A stretch of DNA of 64,000 nt. Source: Octopus vulgaris. Taxonomy: Eukaryota. Shown in pieces: positions 25,206 through 38,500 of this stretch. Position numbers and translations under genes: made by a program. The stretch's first letter is position 1. Each line of letters opens with the position of its first letter. The stretch spans positions 99,262,001 through 99,326,000 of the forward strand of contig OX597823.1 of NCBI GenBank assembly GCA_951406725.2. The letters are read 5' to 3'. Below the pieces are notes generated by a model that did no database searches, had not been told where the DNA came from, and saw only the letters and a list, made by a program, of their open reading frames with translations.

Positions 25206-26756
25206 TCTTAAGCCCAAGGTCAGCTTTGGTCAAGCAGATCTATATCAAAAACATTTCAGCCATGACCACTTTGACATCTTCTAAACACTATCCAATAAAT
25301 CCTTCCATTTTTGATACAGTGGAGTACTCATTTGAGGGGAATTTGGCTGCTATTGCTAGTAAATTGAGCCACTGTCAGCTTGTTGCTAAGGATGCTGAGT
25401 TAGTAATAATAGTAAAGCACCAGTCAAAAAATAACCAGATAATATTTATTTCCATTCCTCTTGCTTGTATATTCTTTGTTCTTGAGCTCCTACATGGTCT
25501 TATGACTCCCTAGAAATAGCAATCAAATTTTATTAAACCCACATCTTTGAAAATGGGAAAACACTGGATGATGAAGTCTAAGGAATATTGTTTAAGTATA
25601 AAATTGGATGATCATGGCTGGAACATTTTAATGAGATGTCTGACTGACCAGAACTGACTAAGGACTAAACAACAGCATCTCTTTATGACTTATAAAATAA
25701 GTATTAGTAATATACTCAAGTCCATTTCAATCAATTATGGATATGCCTTACCAAATTCTGGTTTCAAATTTTGGCACAAGGTCAGCAAGTTTGTGGAAGA
25801 GGGCTGGTTGATCACATCAATTCCAGTGTTCAACTGGTACTTATTTTGTTGACCACTGAAAGGATGAAAAGCAAAGTCAGAATTTGAACTCAAGACGAAT
25901 GAAATGCCACTAAACATTTTGTCGAATGTGCTAATGATTCTGCCATCTTGCAGCTTTGTTCACTAAATATTAATCTTGTGTCCCAGTAAGAAAATGTTAT
26001 CATTATTATTCTATTAAATAAGGTGACAATCTGGCAGAATTGTTAGCATGTTGCACAAAATGTTTAGTGGCATTTCTTCCAGCTCTTTACATTCTGAGTT
26101 CAAACACTGTCAAGGCCAACATTGCCTTTCATCCTTTGGGGGTTGATAACATTAACACCAGTGGTGTCCTGGTGTTAATGTTATCAACTTACCCCTCCTC
26201 TCAGAATTGCTGGCCTTGAGTAAAATTGGAAGTGGGTGTTATCTATAAGATAATCTAAAGCAGCATTTACCATTTGGGGTTCTCCAGAACCCTAAAATTC
26301 TGCAAGAGGTCACAAAGGATTTCACAAGAAATGGGATAAATAGGTTAATTATATGCAAATACATTGATGGAGAATTCATTCATAAATACGTTTTGTGAAT
26401 CTTTTTTCTATTTAATTCTATAATCATCATTTTATTATACATGCATGATGATGGTGTACAAGCATAATCCTTAGAACAGACAAAATTCCTTATGGTATTT
26501 CTTCCGACTCTATATTCTAAACCTTTATTTATCCTACACTTCCTTGTATTGAATCCACTTTTGAGATTTTGCTTTCTTGAATATAACATATGAGCTATTT
26601 AAGGCCTATTCATCCATCTGCCCGTCTGTTCGTCCACCTATCTGTTCATCCATCCATCCATCCATCTGTCTTTCTGCCCATTTGTCCATTATTCTGTCTG
26701 TATATCTAACTATATCTTTACACATACCCATCCACACACAACACATACACAAACAC

Positions 26757-26857
<101 letters not shown>

Positions 26858-27281
26858 TAAGTCCTTTGTTTTATTTGGAAGAATATATTTACTAAATGCA
26901 CTTAATGCTTTTGACAGCTTCTTGGTTTGATCTCATCTTCAGAATGAAGAAGTGATGCTGGTACTAATGATACTTTAAAAATCATCTTTGCAGGAAAGTC
27001 CTTTAATTGTTAACTACAAGTTGATTTTTTAGTTTATTACATGTATGCCCATAGAGCACATTGGCTACATTGAATAGAATTTTGAACCTATTCCTTTTAA
27101 GGACACTGAACATAGCTATTTTCCTGTGGTATCAGAGTCTTGTCTTCTTTCCGTTTTTTTTAAACTTTAGCCTGGGATCTTTGGATTCTAGGTTTTGTTT
27201 CTACAGGGTGTTCAGGATAAATCTAACAATTTATGTATTTTTATTTCAGGTACAGCTTGATGTATCAGTGAACAACAGTCA

Positions 27282-27512
27282 ATGGCGAACTGGCAGAAAC
27301 GTTAGCAAGCCGGGCGAAATGCGTAACCGTATTTCGTCTGTTGTTACGTTGTGAGTTCAAATTCCACCAAGATCAACTTTGCCTTTCATCCTTTTGGGGT
27401 CAATAAATTAAGTACCAGTTATGCACTGGGGTCAATGTAATCGACTTAATACCTATGTCTGTCCTTGTTTGTCCCCCTCTATGCTTAGCCCCTTGTGGGT
27501 AATAAAGAAATA
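27282..27512 (+). mobile_element. Family-A SINE copy (more decayed copies at about 24085-24305, 25760-25950, 26020-26230, 52090-52900, 63800-63980)
   Basis: Close match to 12394-12623. Confidence 0.85.
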
Positions 27513-27689
27513 GGTATTGGAAAGCATAAAGATTAAAGTTGTAGATGAGAAAAAAAGTTAGCTGACATCAAAGCCTGGAAGCCATATGAATATTGGAAAA
27601 AAAGTTAGCTGTATCATGATGGTACATGCTGAGTATCAAAATGCTGACATTATGACTGCTGCTCTATACTCTGTGAACACTGTAAAGGC

Positions 27690-28220
27690 TGTAAGACATG
27701 AACAGCTGCAAAAACCAGAGCCAGCTGGAAGGGACACATGCCACTCCACTTCTTCAAACAAAGCTTTAAACTCAGTTCAGATGGCTATGTGAAGTTGCTG
27801 GAATCCCTGGATTCCTTTCCTAGCCATACCTCCAAAAAGAGCCAGAAGTGGATGTTGGAGATTCTCTACAGATTCACTGTCCCCATTTTTTGGCCTCCTA
27901 ATTTCTCCAATTGTAATCCCATAGATGTGTGGGGCACCATTGAGAAAGACACCGAGGCTGAGCTGATGGCCAAGATCAAGGAGATGTTCAAAGATCTTCC
28001 CAAGGGAGACAGTGCGGAATACATGCACCAGGTTCCAGTGCCGTTTTGAGGCTGTGGTGGAAGCTGAAGTGGGGGATACTTTGAGTAAAATCTTATCTCC
28101 CCACCCATAATCTTGTTGTGACATTTTTTGATTTTTTAAAATAGTTTTATTTTTAGAAGGGTTACTGTGTTTTCTTTTCTTTTTAGGCAAACTGTCGAAT
28201 TTAGCCCAAACACCCTGTAC
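27690..28220 (+). mobile_element. Tc1/mariner-superfamily transposase remnant
   Basis: DSFPSHTSKKSQKW..FWPPNFSNCNPID (WPPNSPDLNPLD-like); terminus ...CACCCTGTA. Confidence 0.65.
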
Positions 28221-28261
28221 AGCAGAAATTTTATAAAATCTTTTGTCATCTCTACTAAAAG

Positions 28262-28540
28262 AACTAAGTGATCAAAAACCAGAGTTCCCACTCCATTGTT
28301 ATAGCCTGAAAAACTATAATAAACAAGATGGGACTGAGAATCAAGCTTGCTCTAAATTCCTCAATGAACCTATTGCCAACTCTCACTTTGCTGGTTGCAT
28401 CTCTGTACATGTCTTGTACTGCTCCCAACAGCCATTCCTTGTCTCCTAGTTTTTTTTTTGTGTTTTTTTGCAACCACCAGACTATAGCTCATGGTACTCT
28501 GTCAAAGGCTATCTGTAGATCAACAACCGCTAGATAGAAA
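28262..28540 (-). mobile_element. RTE RT fragment
   Basis: EWLLGAVQDMYRDATSKVRVGN..LSPILFIIVFQAIT. Confidence 0.75.
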
Positions 28541-28865
28541 GTTACTTTCAAATGGGTAGTAAGAAGAGCATCTAGCTTTAGAAAAATCTGCCTCAAAGTT
28601 TCATCTTGATATTAAAATGATGATGATGATGATATATATTATTTGCTGTGTTTTTGTTTTGGTTAACAAAAAAAGAATGTTAACAATCCTCAATGTACAA
28701 TGCTTATAAACAATAGATGCTTATAAATGGGTGTGGTGTCTGCTGTATAGTGTGTGTGTGTAGTAATTTGGATTATAGGTACATACCTAAAGGCTGCATC
28801 AAACCTTTGTCAGAATTTTGTAATCCAAGTTATCACACACACATAATTATATATCAGGAGACAAT

Positions 28866-28896
<31 letters not shown>

Positions 28897-28955
28897 ATAG
28901 ATAGATGGATAGATAGATAGATAGATAGATAGATAGAAAGATAAATAGATAGATG

Positions 28956-29001
<46 letters not shown>

Positions 29002-29019
29002 AAGATAAATAGATAGATG

Positions 29020-29061
<42 letters not shown>

Positions 29062-29317
29062 AAGATAAATAGATAGATGGATAGATAGATAGATGGATAG
29101 ATAGATAGATATATAGATAGATAGATGGATGGATAGATGGATGGCCAGGCGGACAGACAGATGGATGGACAGACGGACGGACGGACGGATGGATGGATAG
29201 ATAAATAGTCTCACATGTATACACACACATACACATATACGTATAAACATAAATAGACAAAGTGAAGGTTTGGTAAGAGAAACAGAAAAAGAGCAAGAAA
29301 AGAGAGAGAGAAGAAAA

Positions 29318-29380
<63 letters not shown>
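28866..29380. repeat. (GATA)n/(GGAT)n followed by (GA)n microsatellites
   Basis: Direct inspection. Confidence 0.95.
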
Positions 29381-29386
<6 letters not shown>

Positions 29387-30836
29387 ATAGACAAGTAAGG
29401 CTAGAAAAGGACAAGCATGGGACAAGGCCAAAATACATAAACAACTAAAAAGTAAGGGATTAAATAGTTTTACCTTAATTAATGCTCACCTTCTGTTCAG
29501 TGTGGAGATGTCAAAGCGCCTAAATGCTTTTATTTTTCTCCTCTTCTTCTTCTCATTATTGTTGTTGTTGCTGTTCTTTTGTCCTGTCTGTTACTGGCAT
29601 TTTCTATTGCTTTTGTTTTTAATTAACCTTTTTTTCTTCCAACAAAAACTCCACAGCTGGCTCCACTATTTAGAATCTAAAGAAACAAATGGTTAAAAGA
29701 AAACGTATAAACACCATCGGCCTGTCTGTTGCATCTTGTCATGCCATGTCAAATCAGGGGCTTAATCTTTGTTTGTTGTTGTTGTTGTGGAGCCTCTTTT
29801 TCTCTTTATTTAGAGGTAAGATGGTTAAGTACCGAGAAGAGTGTTGTTTGTGCAGGCCTGTGGCCAAGTGGTTAGGGTAGTCAGCCTATGGTCATAAGGT
29901 TGTGGGTTCAGTTCTTAGACCAGGCAACACATTATGTCCTTCAGCAAGTTGCTTCATTTCATATTATTCCAATTTATTCAGTTGTAAATGAGTACCAACC
30001 AGGGTACTGGTGCAGCTCTCTCAACCCTCTAGTTGTCACATCCTGCATCTTCTACTGGGTCAAAGATGGGGGTATCAAGGAGTTTTTGTGTGTCTGTTTA
30101 CTTGTGTGACTACATAGGCATCCTAAAACAAGCCATATTCAGCTGATTAAATGGGAGTAACGTAAAATGTGTTGCCTGGTTGAAGAATTGAACCCACAAC
30201 TATATGACCATAGACCAAATATCCTAACCACTAGGCTACAAGCAACACTTGCAAGTGATTGCTGGTTGTGCTTTATAGATAATGACTTAGCCTTTTGTCA
30301 GTGTCATTGATGGTTGTGAAAGCATGTAGCCTGGTGGTTAGGACATCACATTGACAGTTACAAGATGGCTGTTTTGATTTCAGAACCTAGCACTTTAAAC
30401 TGCATCAGGTAGTGGGGCCCTAATTTGGGATTTCCATGGTTTTGAGGAGTGTGGAATCATCTCTTAGCTGTTATTGTTTCCCAGTCTACTCTGACCCACA
30501 GTAGTAGCACCTGTCAGGGTCCCAACAAAGGGTTAATTAGCATGGTATGGTTAGACAGGTAGGTGGCATCTCAGATTTAACCCAGTTGGACGTTCAACAT
30601 ATTACAGTTCTCATATTACACTAATATTAGATCTTTCCTCCCTCTCTCTCTCTCTCTTTCTCTCTGGAGCATAGGCATGGCTGTTTGGTAAGAAGTTTGT
30701 TTCCAAACTGTATGGTTCTGAGTTCAGTCTCACTGTGAGACACCTCAAGCAAGTGTCTTCTACCATAGCCCCAAGCTGACCAATCCCTTGTGAATGGATA
30801 TGGTAGTGGGAAACTGAAAGAAACCTGTCATGTTTA

Positions 30837-30883
<47 letters not shown>

Positions 30884-31465
30884 GTCTCTTTGTCCTGACA
30901 TCCTTGAGAGTTATAAATGAGTGTCACTGCCATGCAAGTGCTGTTCATCATTACTAGACTTCTGTGAAAATATGACTGGTTTTAGAGAAATATTACCTCA
31001 TTTGGAAACAGGTGAGGGTTAGTGACAGAAAGGGCATTAGACTGTACAAATTCCACACAGATAGATGGATGGAACATAGATAGATAGATGGATGGAACAT
31101 AGATAGATAGATGGATAAATACATAGATACATGCACAATACATATTCATACATACAAACATACATATTTTGGTGTACTTGGTAATGCTAGTAAATATTGA
31201 AGGGATAATCTCGAAAAGCAAGGTTTTTTTAGGCAAAGAAAGAAGGTGACTAACACACACTTTATATACAAAATCTATAAGGGAAACAGAGAAAATATGC
31301 AAGACTTTCCAGAAAGTTGATTTATATCAACCAAATTCTAGTCAAGGAACTTCTGCTTCTTTGTTAGAAACCAGTTCCCTCTTTTGAGGAAGAGGTCTAA
31401 TATATAAATTAAAAAATGCACACACACACATGCATGCATGCACACATGCACACACATACAAAATA

Positions 31466-31515
<50 letters not shown>

Positions 31516-32370
31516 ACACACAAAATCAAATAGTCAAGAGTTTACATTTGGATAACTGCTTAATTTATACCCAGTAATAAATTAAAGCTCAATACAAATG
31601 AAAAATTTGTATTCATTTGATTCTCTGTATGAAAAATTTCTTAAAGAAGATATCTTTCTTGTAACTTTTTTTGCAACTCCTATTACCAAATAATACATGT
31701 GTAATGGTGAATAAATAATGCCAAAAGAATTTTTTCCAACCATCTGTTTTGATGTGTCTCTCCAAACACTGTGTATCCGTATTTTTCAACTCTTATGCAT
31801 ACCTCAAGTAATTATAACATCTACATACAATTTTAGACTACTGGAATATGCAGATGTGTTTTCTGAGGACACAACTTAGATTTTAATCCTAGCTACAGGC
31901 ATACATATATATTATAATTGCTTGTGACATTACATAAGTAACTCAAGGAGTGATGCATGATACTCTCGGCCCTTAAAGCACTTATGTAACTTTATAGCCA
32001 ATGTAATCTTATGTTCTGAATTCTGTTTCTTCTGTTTGTTCTACCAAACCTATATACATATATATATATATGTACCCACACACGCCCCACCCCTACACTT
32101 TTTTCTGACTTAAGGCTTTATTTGTGGGTTAACCCACAAGTAAAGAATATTTATCCACCAGTGCAGTGTTGAGCACTCATCCTCACTGTTTGACATTAGC
32201 ATGTACACTACACATCCTTTATTTTCTCTCCTTGTTTCTTTCTGTGTTCCTTTCTGTGGAAGAGCATAGGCTCGAAACATTAAAGACTTTTTCACTTCCG
32301 AAGCATTATACTAATACATCTGTTTGTTATCTACACCACCTGTCTTCGTCTTTTGTTTTTTGTGAATTCT

Positions 32371-32406
<36 letters not shown>

Positions 32407-32434
32407 ATGATGATGATGATGATGATGATATATA

Positions 32435-34062
32435 TGATCCAAGGTAAGCACAGCAGGCCATCCTGCGAGCCATGAATTCACTTCATTTGTCAGATCTTCG
32501 CAGTCACTGTATATCTCCAGAGGTCTCGGTCTTTCGTCATTGCCTCTGTGAGGTGGTCCAACGTTTGAAGGTCATGTTTGACCACCTCATCCCATCTCTT
32601 CCTGGGTTTACCTCTACCCCTGATTCCTTCAACTGTTTGGGAGTGGCACTTCTTCACACATCTCTCCTCATCCATCCATAGTACATGACCATACCAACGC
32701 AAACGTCTCTCCTGCATGCCACATCCAATGCTTGTTATGTCCAACATTTCTCTCAAGGCGCTTACATTCTGTTGTGCATGGACACTGACATTATACATCC
32801 AGCAGATCAATTCTTTCTAGCTAGCTTCATTTCTTTCAAGCCTACGCATGTCCTCTGCAGTCACAGCCCATGTTTCACTACCGTGAAGCTTAGCAGTTCG
32901 CACACATGCGTCGTACAATCTATCTTTTACTCTGAGCGAGAGACCCTTTGTCACAAGAAGGGAAGAAACTTTCTAAACTTTGCTCAGGCTATTCTTATTC
33001 TAGTGGTGACACTCTCTGAGCATCCACCCTTGCTACTAACTTAGTCACCCAGGTAGCAGAAGCTATCAACTACTTCTAGTTTCTTCCCCTGGAGTGTGAT
33101 GGAATCTGTTTTCTGAGTATCTGTGGTGTCTATTGCTCCAGTGCATCTGCCGCACATGAAAGCTATCTTCTCGGTTAATTTTCCTTTGATGTTGCTACAC
33201 CTTTTATGTGTCCATAGCTTACACTGGGTACATCTTATGGAGGTTCTACCTACACCTTTTCTACAGATCGAGCAGGGCCACCTACATGAGTGGGTATGTC
33301 GTGAGTTTGCCTTTCTACTTACTATAACTTTGGTCTTTGCTACATTGACTCTAAGGCCATTTGATTCTAAACCTAGCTTCCACACCTGAAATTTCTTTTC
33401 TAGTTCCGGTAGTGATTCTGCTATGAGGGCCAGGTCATCAGCACAGAGAAGCTCCCAGGGGCAACCCATCTTGAATCCCTCTGTTATTGCCTGGAGGACT
33501 ATGATGAACAAAAGGGGACTGGGGGCTGAACCTTGGTGGACCCCTACTTCTACTCGGAATTCTTCACTATACTCATTGCCAATCCTAACCTTACTAACGG
33601 CCTCTCTGTATAGGGCCTGTACAGCCCTTATTAACCATTCGTCAATCTCCAGTTTCCGCATCGCCCACCAGATAAAGGATCAGGGGACCCTGCCAAAGGC
33701 TTTCTCCAAGTCTACAAAAGCTAAGTATAGGGGTTTATTTTTAGCTAGGTATTTCTCCTGAAGTTGTCGAACCAGGAATATGGCATCAGTGGTGCTTCTA
33801 CCTGGCGCAAAACCGAACTGCATCTCATCTAAGCAGACTCTCTCTCTCTAATAAGATGTGCTATGACCCTCTCCATGACCTTCATCACCTGATCCAGCAG
33901 TTTGATACCTCTGTAGTTATTTCTATCTAGAGTATCACCTTTACCCTTGTAGCAGTTGATTATGGTGCTGCTACACCAGTCGTTGGGTATGACTCCATCA
34001 TGAACTACCTGGTTTACAATGCGGGTGACTAGGCCATAGCCCACACCACCAGATGTTTTAAG

Positions 34063-34063
<1 letters not shown>
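32435..34063 (-). mobile_element. RTE LINE (second subfamily), RT and C-terminus
   Basis: NYRGIKLL, QFGFAPGRSTTDAIF, FVDLEKAF, GVHQGS, LLCADDL, Cys-rich insert, RLRWYGHV, GRGKPRKRW. Confidence 0.9.
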
Positions 34064-34119
<56 letters not shown>

Positions 34120-34729
34120 TAATAATAATCCAACATTCTAATATCCGAAAGTTGATGAACAAACTAAATTTGTTTCTCCATTTTCTTATTTGTATTATAA
34201 ATTTACAGTAAAAATATTTCTTTACCTTCACCCGTTTAATACAATAAATGAGTTAATTGCATTGCAATTAAAAACATTTATGTATTAAGAATGTGGGTAC
34301 TGTACCAACAGTATATTGGATAAATACTATCCCATAGTGGGTTACACCCATAACCTCTATCTTACTTTGTATATATATATTGTCAGTGGATAATATATCT
34401 GAAAATGAAACACACTCTAAAGAATAGAGCAGTAATGTATTTGTAAGGATATATATGCATTTACAAGCATGTATTTACATGCATATATATATATATATTT
34501 TACAATGAAAAGTGTGGGTGCATGCATGTTAATATCATAAAATTATAAGTTATTATACCTGGAAAAGTACAGAACAAGATTTCTACAGTAAAATTTGCCT
34601 TATTTGTCACCTCCAAAGGAAACTAAAAGGTACTTAAAATTAAAATTCTACTGTACTTAAAATATTGTAGCCAAGAATAACATTTTTAAAATTTACTATA
34701 TTTTATTAAAGCAAAAATTATAAAAACAT

Positions 34730-34884
34730 TACTGGGTTTTTCCAAAAATAAGCCCATCCGAATTTAAGCCTCTTTTCATGTATAGCCCCAGTAATTTTTA
34801 TTATTTTCAGAAAAAATTATTTATGCAAAGTTATTTTTAAGTCTGTATTTAAGCCCTTGGCCTTATTTTTGGAAAAAAGCAGTA
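34730..34884. mobile_element. Small TA-flanked MITE (pogo/Tigger-like termini)
   Basis: TACTGGGTTTTTCCAAAAATAAG ... CTTATTTTTGGAAAAAAGCAGTA imperfect terminal inverted repeats. Confidence 0.6.
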
Positions 34885-35371
34885 TTTTAAAAGTGAAATA
34901 AAATAAAATTAATTTTAAAAAATACAATAGAATTTGCCTAATTGGGAGAAAACTGAGTGATGAATTAAGTGAAGTAATGAATTAACCAAAGATATCTTTA
35001 ATTTTATATTTTAAATCAAAACAATGTGAATTATAAGAAATAATACATGACAATTTTGTTGTGTATGGAGAGAGTCATACTACTTTGATACCTTAATAAT
35101 GTCTAAGATACTCTCACTGGTTCAATTTCCACTCATTTCTTGTTTATTTATATTTTTCTTTCTAAACTTTTCGTTGCTTTTGCAACTTTGTTAATGGATG
35201 TACATGACAATTGTTTGTATTTTTAAGTTGTATTTCAATACTTCAGGGTTAGAACCCCTTCTTACAGAAATCTTTGGAGATTTTCTGAAGAAAGGCCCCT
35301 GAAATATTGAAATACAAAGTAAATTAACAAATCATTAACTTGTATTATCTTTTATAATTCACATTGTTTTG

Positions 35372-35430
<59 letters not shown>

Positions 35431-35548
35431 GGTAAGCACAGAAATGTGAAACAAGGTGGAAAAAGAGTACTCAAATAACAGAGGTTGAGTAATATGCTTT
35501 ATTTAAAAGCAGCAGAATTATAACAAAAGCTGTTACTCAGAGTTTCAC

Positions 35549-35856
35549 ATGTGTGTGTGTGTGTGTGTGTGTGTACGCGTGTGTGTGTGTAAGTATGCAT
35601 ATATGCATGTATGTATGCATGCATGTATTTATATATGTAAATATATATATATGCAAATGTATATGTATTATATTCATCTATCTATCTATCTGTCAATCTA
35701 TCCATCTATTTATATATATTTATATATGTGTGTGTGTGTATATATTTATGCACACATATATATGTGTTTGTATGTTATGTGTGTATAATGTATGTAGACA
35801 CAAAGAGACATATGAAGACATTATGTATATATATACATATATATATATACATACAT

Positions 35857-35923
<67 letters not shown>

Positions 35924-35972
35924 CATACATATACATATATACATACATATACATATATACATACATATACAC

Positions 35973-36003
<31 letters not shown>

Positions 36004-36080
36004 TATATAGTGAGATATATATATATAGATATATACACACACATGCACATACATACACACACACATATACACACATGCAT
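35549..36080. repeat. Compound (TG)n/(TA)n/(TACA)n microsatellite
   Basis: Direct inspection. Confidence 0.95.
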
Positions 36081-36309
36081 GCAAACAAAAAAACGTACAT
36101 TGTACATACCATTACACATGTGAAACAGTTGCATCTCTCTGCAAACACCTGACAGAAAGGTATCCCTTCTTCCTGTGTTTCTTGGTTGGTGTCATGTTGT
36201 TTTTGATGCTGATGTTGCTTATGATGATGATGTCATTTCTGATCTTCACTAATGGCACAATGTTAACAGTCAGACAGTTAGGCAGGGAGATATGATTAAC
36301 TGGGCAATA

Positions 36310-36423
36310 GAGGAGGAGGAGGAGGAGTAGAAGAAGAAGAAGAAGAAGAAGAAGAAGAAGAAGAAGAAGAAGAAGAAGAAGAAGAAGAAGAAGAAGAAGA
36401 AGAAGAAGAAGAAGAAGAAGAAG

Positions 36424-36460
<37 letters not shown>
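36310..36460. repeat. (GGA)n-(GAA)n-(GA)n polypurine tract
   Basis: Direct inspection. Confidence 0.95.
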
Positions 36461-36464
<4 letters not shown>

Positions 36465-37559
36465 CTAAGTGGCTGACTGGTTGGCTGGCAGTCTACTGGT
36501 TTACTCAACACAGTAGTGACATAGAGAAAAAGAGAGAGGGTAAAGAGAAAGATATAGGGGAGAGAGAGAAAGAGAGGGAAGAGGGAGAGAGAGAAAGAGA
36601 GGGAAGAGGGAGAGAGAGAAAGAGAGGGAAGAGGGAGAGAGACAATGAGAATAATGAACAGATAGACACATAAGTAGATGGAGTGGGGAGGTGTTGATAA
36701 AGAGTTAAGTAATATAAAAGAAAAAGAATAAGTGGAGAGAAGGGGAAGAGAGAAAAGGGCACACAGACAGGAGACAAACAGACAAGGGTTAAACAGAGAA
36801 AAGTGAGACAGACAAACAGACAGATGGTGAGGTAGTAGGCAAATGGTCAGACAGACAAGTCTGGGATTAGAGACACAGATAGACTGAAAGACAAGATAAG
36901 TTTGTAGATAGACAAGTTTGAGACCCCGAAAGAACAGAGAGATAAGTCTGTGATTAGACACAGACACACTGAGAAACGGACAGATAAGTCTGTGGTTAGA
37001 GAGACTGACAACTGGACAGGCAGGCAGGACACAAGTAGGCTGATGGGCAAGCGGAGTGGCAAGAAGAAAGGCAGACAAATCTGTAGTTTGAAACAAACTA
37101 AAAGGTGTATTTGTGTTTAGTAAGAAAAGTCTGAGGTCAGATAAGCATCTCTGTGGCTAGAGAAATACATTGACAGGGAGAAAGACAAATCTGTGGTTAG
37201 ATGGACATCCAGCCAAACAAAGAGATTAGGCTCGGTCAACTTTTGCAAAAAGTGGGCTGCGCATGAGACATGGTTGAGCATTAGATAGGCCACATTTTTC
37301 GTTAGGCATACTGTTATAAAAGTCCTGCAGGTTGCAGGTTGTATATGACTTTTGAAGATCCTGCATTTGTCTTTACAGTAACATGTGGAAACTTAGAAAA
37401 GAAGGGAGAAATAGATGAATAAATGAAAGAAAGAAAGATGGAAGAAGAAAAGAAAGAAAATATGAATGAAAGAATAAAGAAAGTATGAAAAAAATGAATG
37501 CTGCTTATGGACTAAAACATACAATAAACAGAAGAAAAAAAAAACACTCCAGCACATTC

Positions 37560-38160
37560 CCTCTAATCATAAGCAGCAGTCAGCTAGAGCCTTTGTAGTT
37601 ACTCCCAACTGTGGGCCTCACTATCACTGAGGATGTCTCCTGGGGAAAGTACATCCTTAGCATAGCTAGGATCACATCTCAAAGACTAGGCCTTCCTTTT
37701 AGAGCCAAATGTTATTTCAGTTTCCAACAACTGCCCCTACAAGTTTCAAGTGAGACCTCCAATGGAGTACTTACTGTGCTGACATCTGGGAGTGAGATGC
37801 TATTATACACAATGAGATCCTGAACTGAATCCAGAAAAAGGTCACCCACTTATTAGCATCCCATCACTAATGGACACACTTCAGCTTCTAACCTATAGTT
37901 AAGCTATCTCCTCTGTCTCTCTGTGTTTTCTGTTGCTACTACAATAGCCTCTGCTGATTGGTCTCGTATCTCTACACTCAACTGTTCCTGACCCACTCAT
38001 CTTTCCATCTTTCACCATCCTCGTTTTGTCGAACCCCTCTTTCCCTGCTGTAACCACTATGTCCAGTCCTTTCTCAGAACATCTTCCCTCTAGAATCTCC
38101 TCCTTTGTTCATGTCTCTCCTGCAGGTGTTGATGTGCAACAATTCAAATGAAACATTAAT
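37560..38160 (+). mobile_element. Decayed CR1/L2-group LINE RT C-terminal fragment
   Basis: VGLTITEDVSWGKYI..SQRLG...YKFQVRPPMEY. Confidence 0.6.
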
Positions 38161-38175
38161 GGCAAAAATGCATAA

Positions 38176-38500
38176 TTGGCTCATTTAGAACCTCAATCAC
38201 TGGTTCATGAAGAGGTGCTTTCATTGGCTCATTAGGGACTTCCACATTGACTTTGGTAGTGATTTCCTCAATGGCTCAAGTACAGATCCATTGTTGGCTC
38301 ATGTACAGGTGTCTCTTTTTGGCTTTTGTAAGGACATTCTTGTTGGCTCAGTTAGAGATTCCATTGCTAACTCATATAAAGGCCCCAATGTTGGCTCAAA
38401 TAATGGCCCCCAACATTGGTTTCTTTGTGTAGAAGTCCTCTCACTGGCTCATATAGAAACTCTTTTGTTACCTCCCATGGAAACCTTCTTGATGGCTTAT
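38176..38500. repeat. Degenerate about 24-bp-period array with a TTGGCTCA core
   Basis: Core or variants at 38176, 38200, 38224, 38247, 38271, 38294, 38319, 38343, 38367, 38391, 38416, 38444, 38468, 38492. Confidence 0.7.

Noticed and set aside
29488-29750. Possible non-coding 5' exon of the tail-anchored gene (AAG|GTGAGC donor; another donor-like site near 40347)
   Set aside because: Donor-like motifs alone are too common to support an exon without transcript data
36296-37096. 266-aa Ser/Leu-rich minus-strand ORF
   Set aside because: Open only because the strand is polypyrimidine ((TTC)n, (TC)n) and so lacks stops
38176-38500. CRISPR-like repeat-spacer interpretation
   Set aside because: Core only 8 nt and variable, spacers about 16 nt, no cas genes, eukaryotic context
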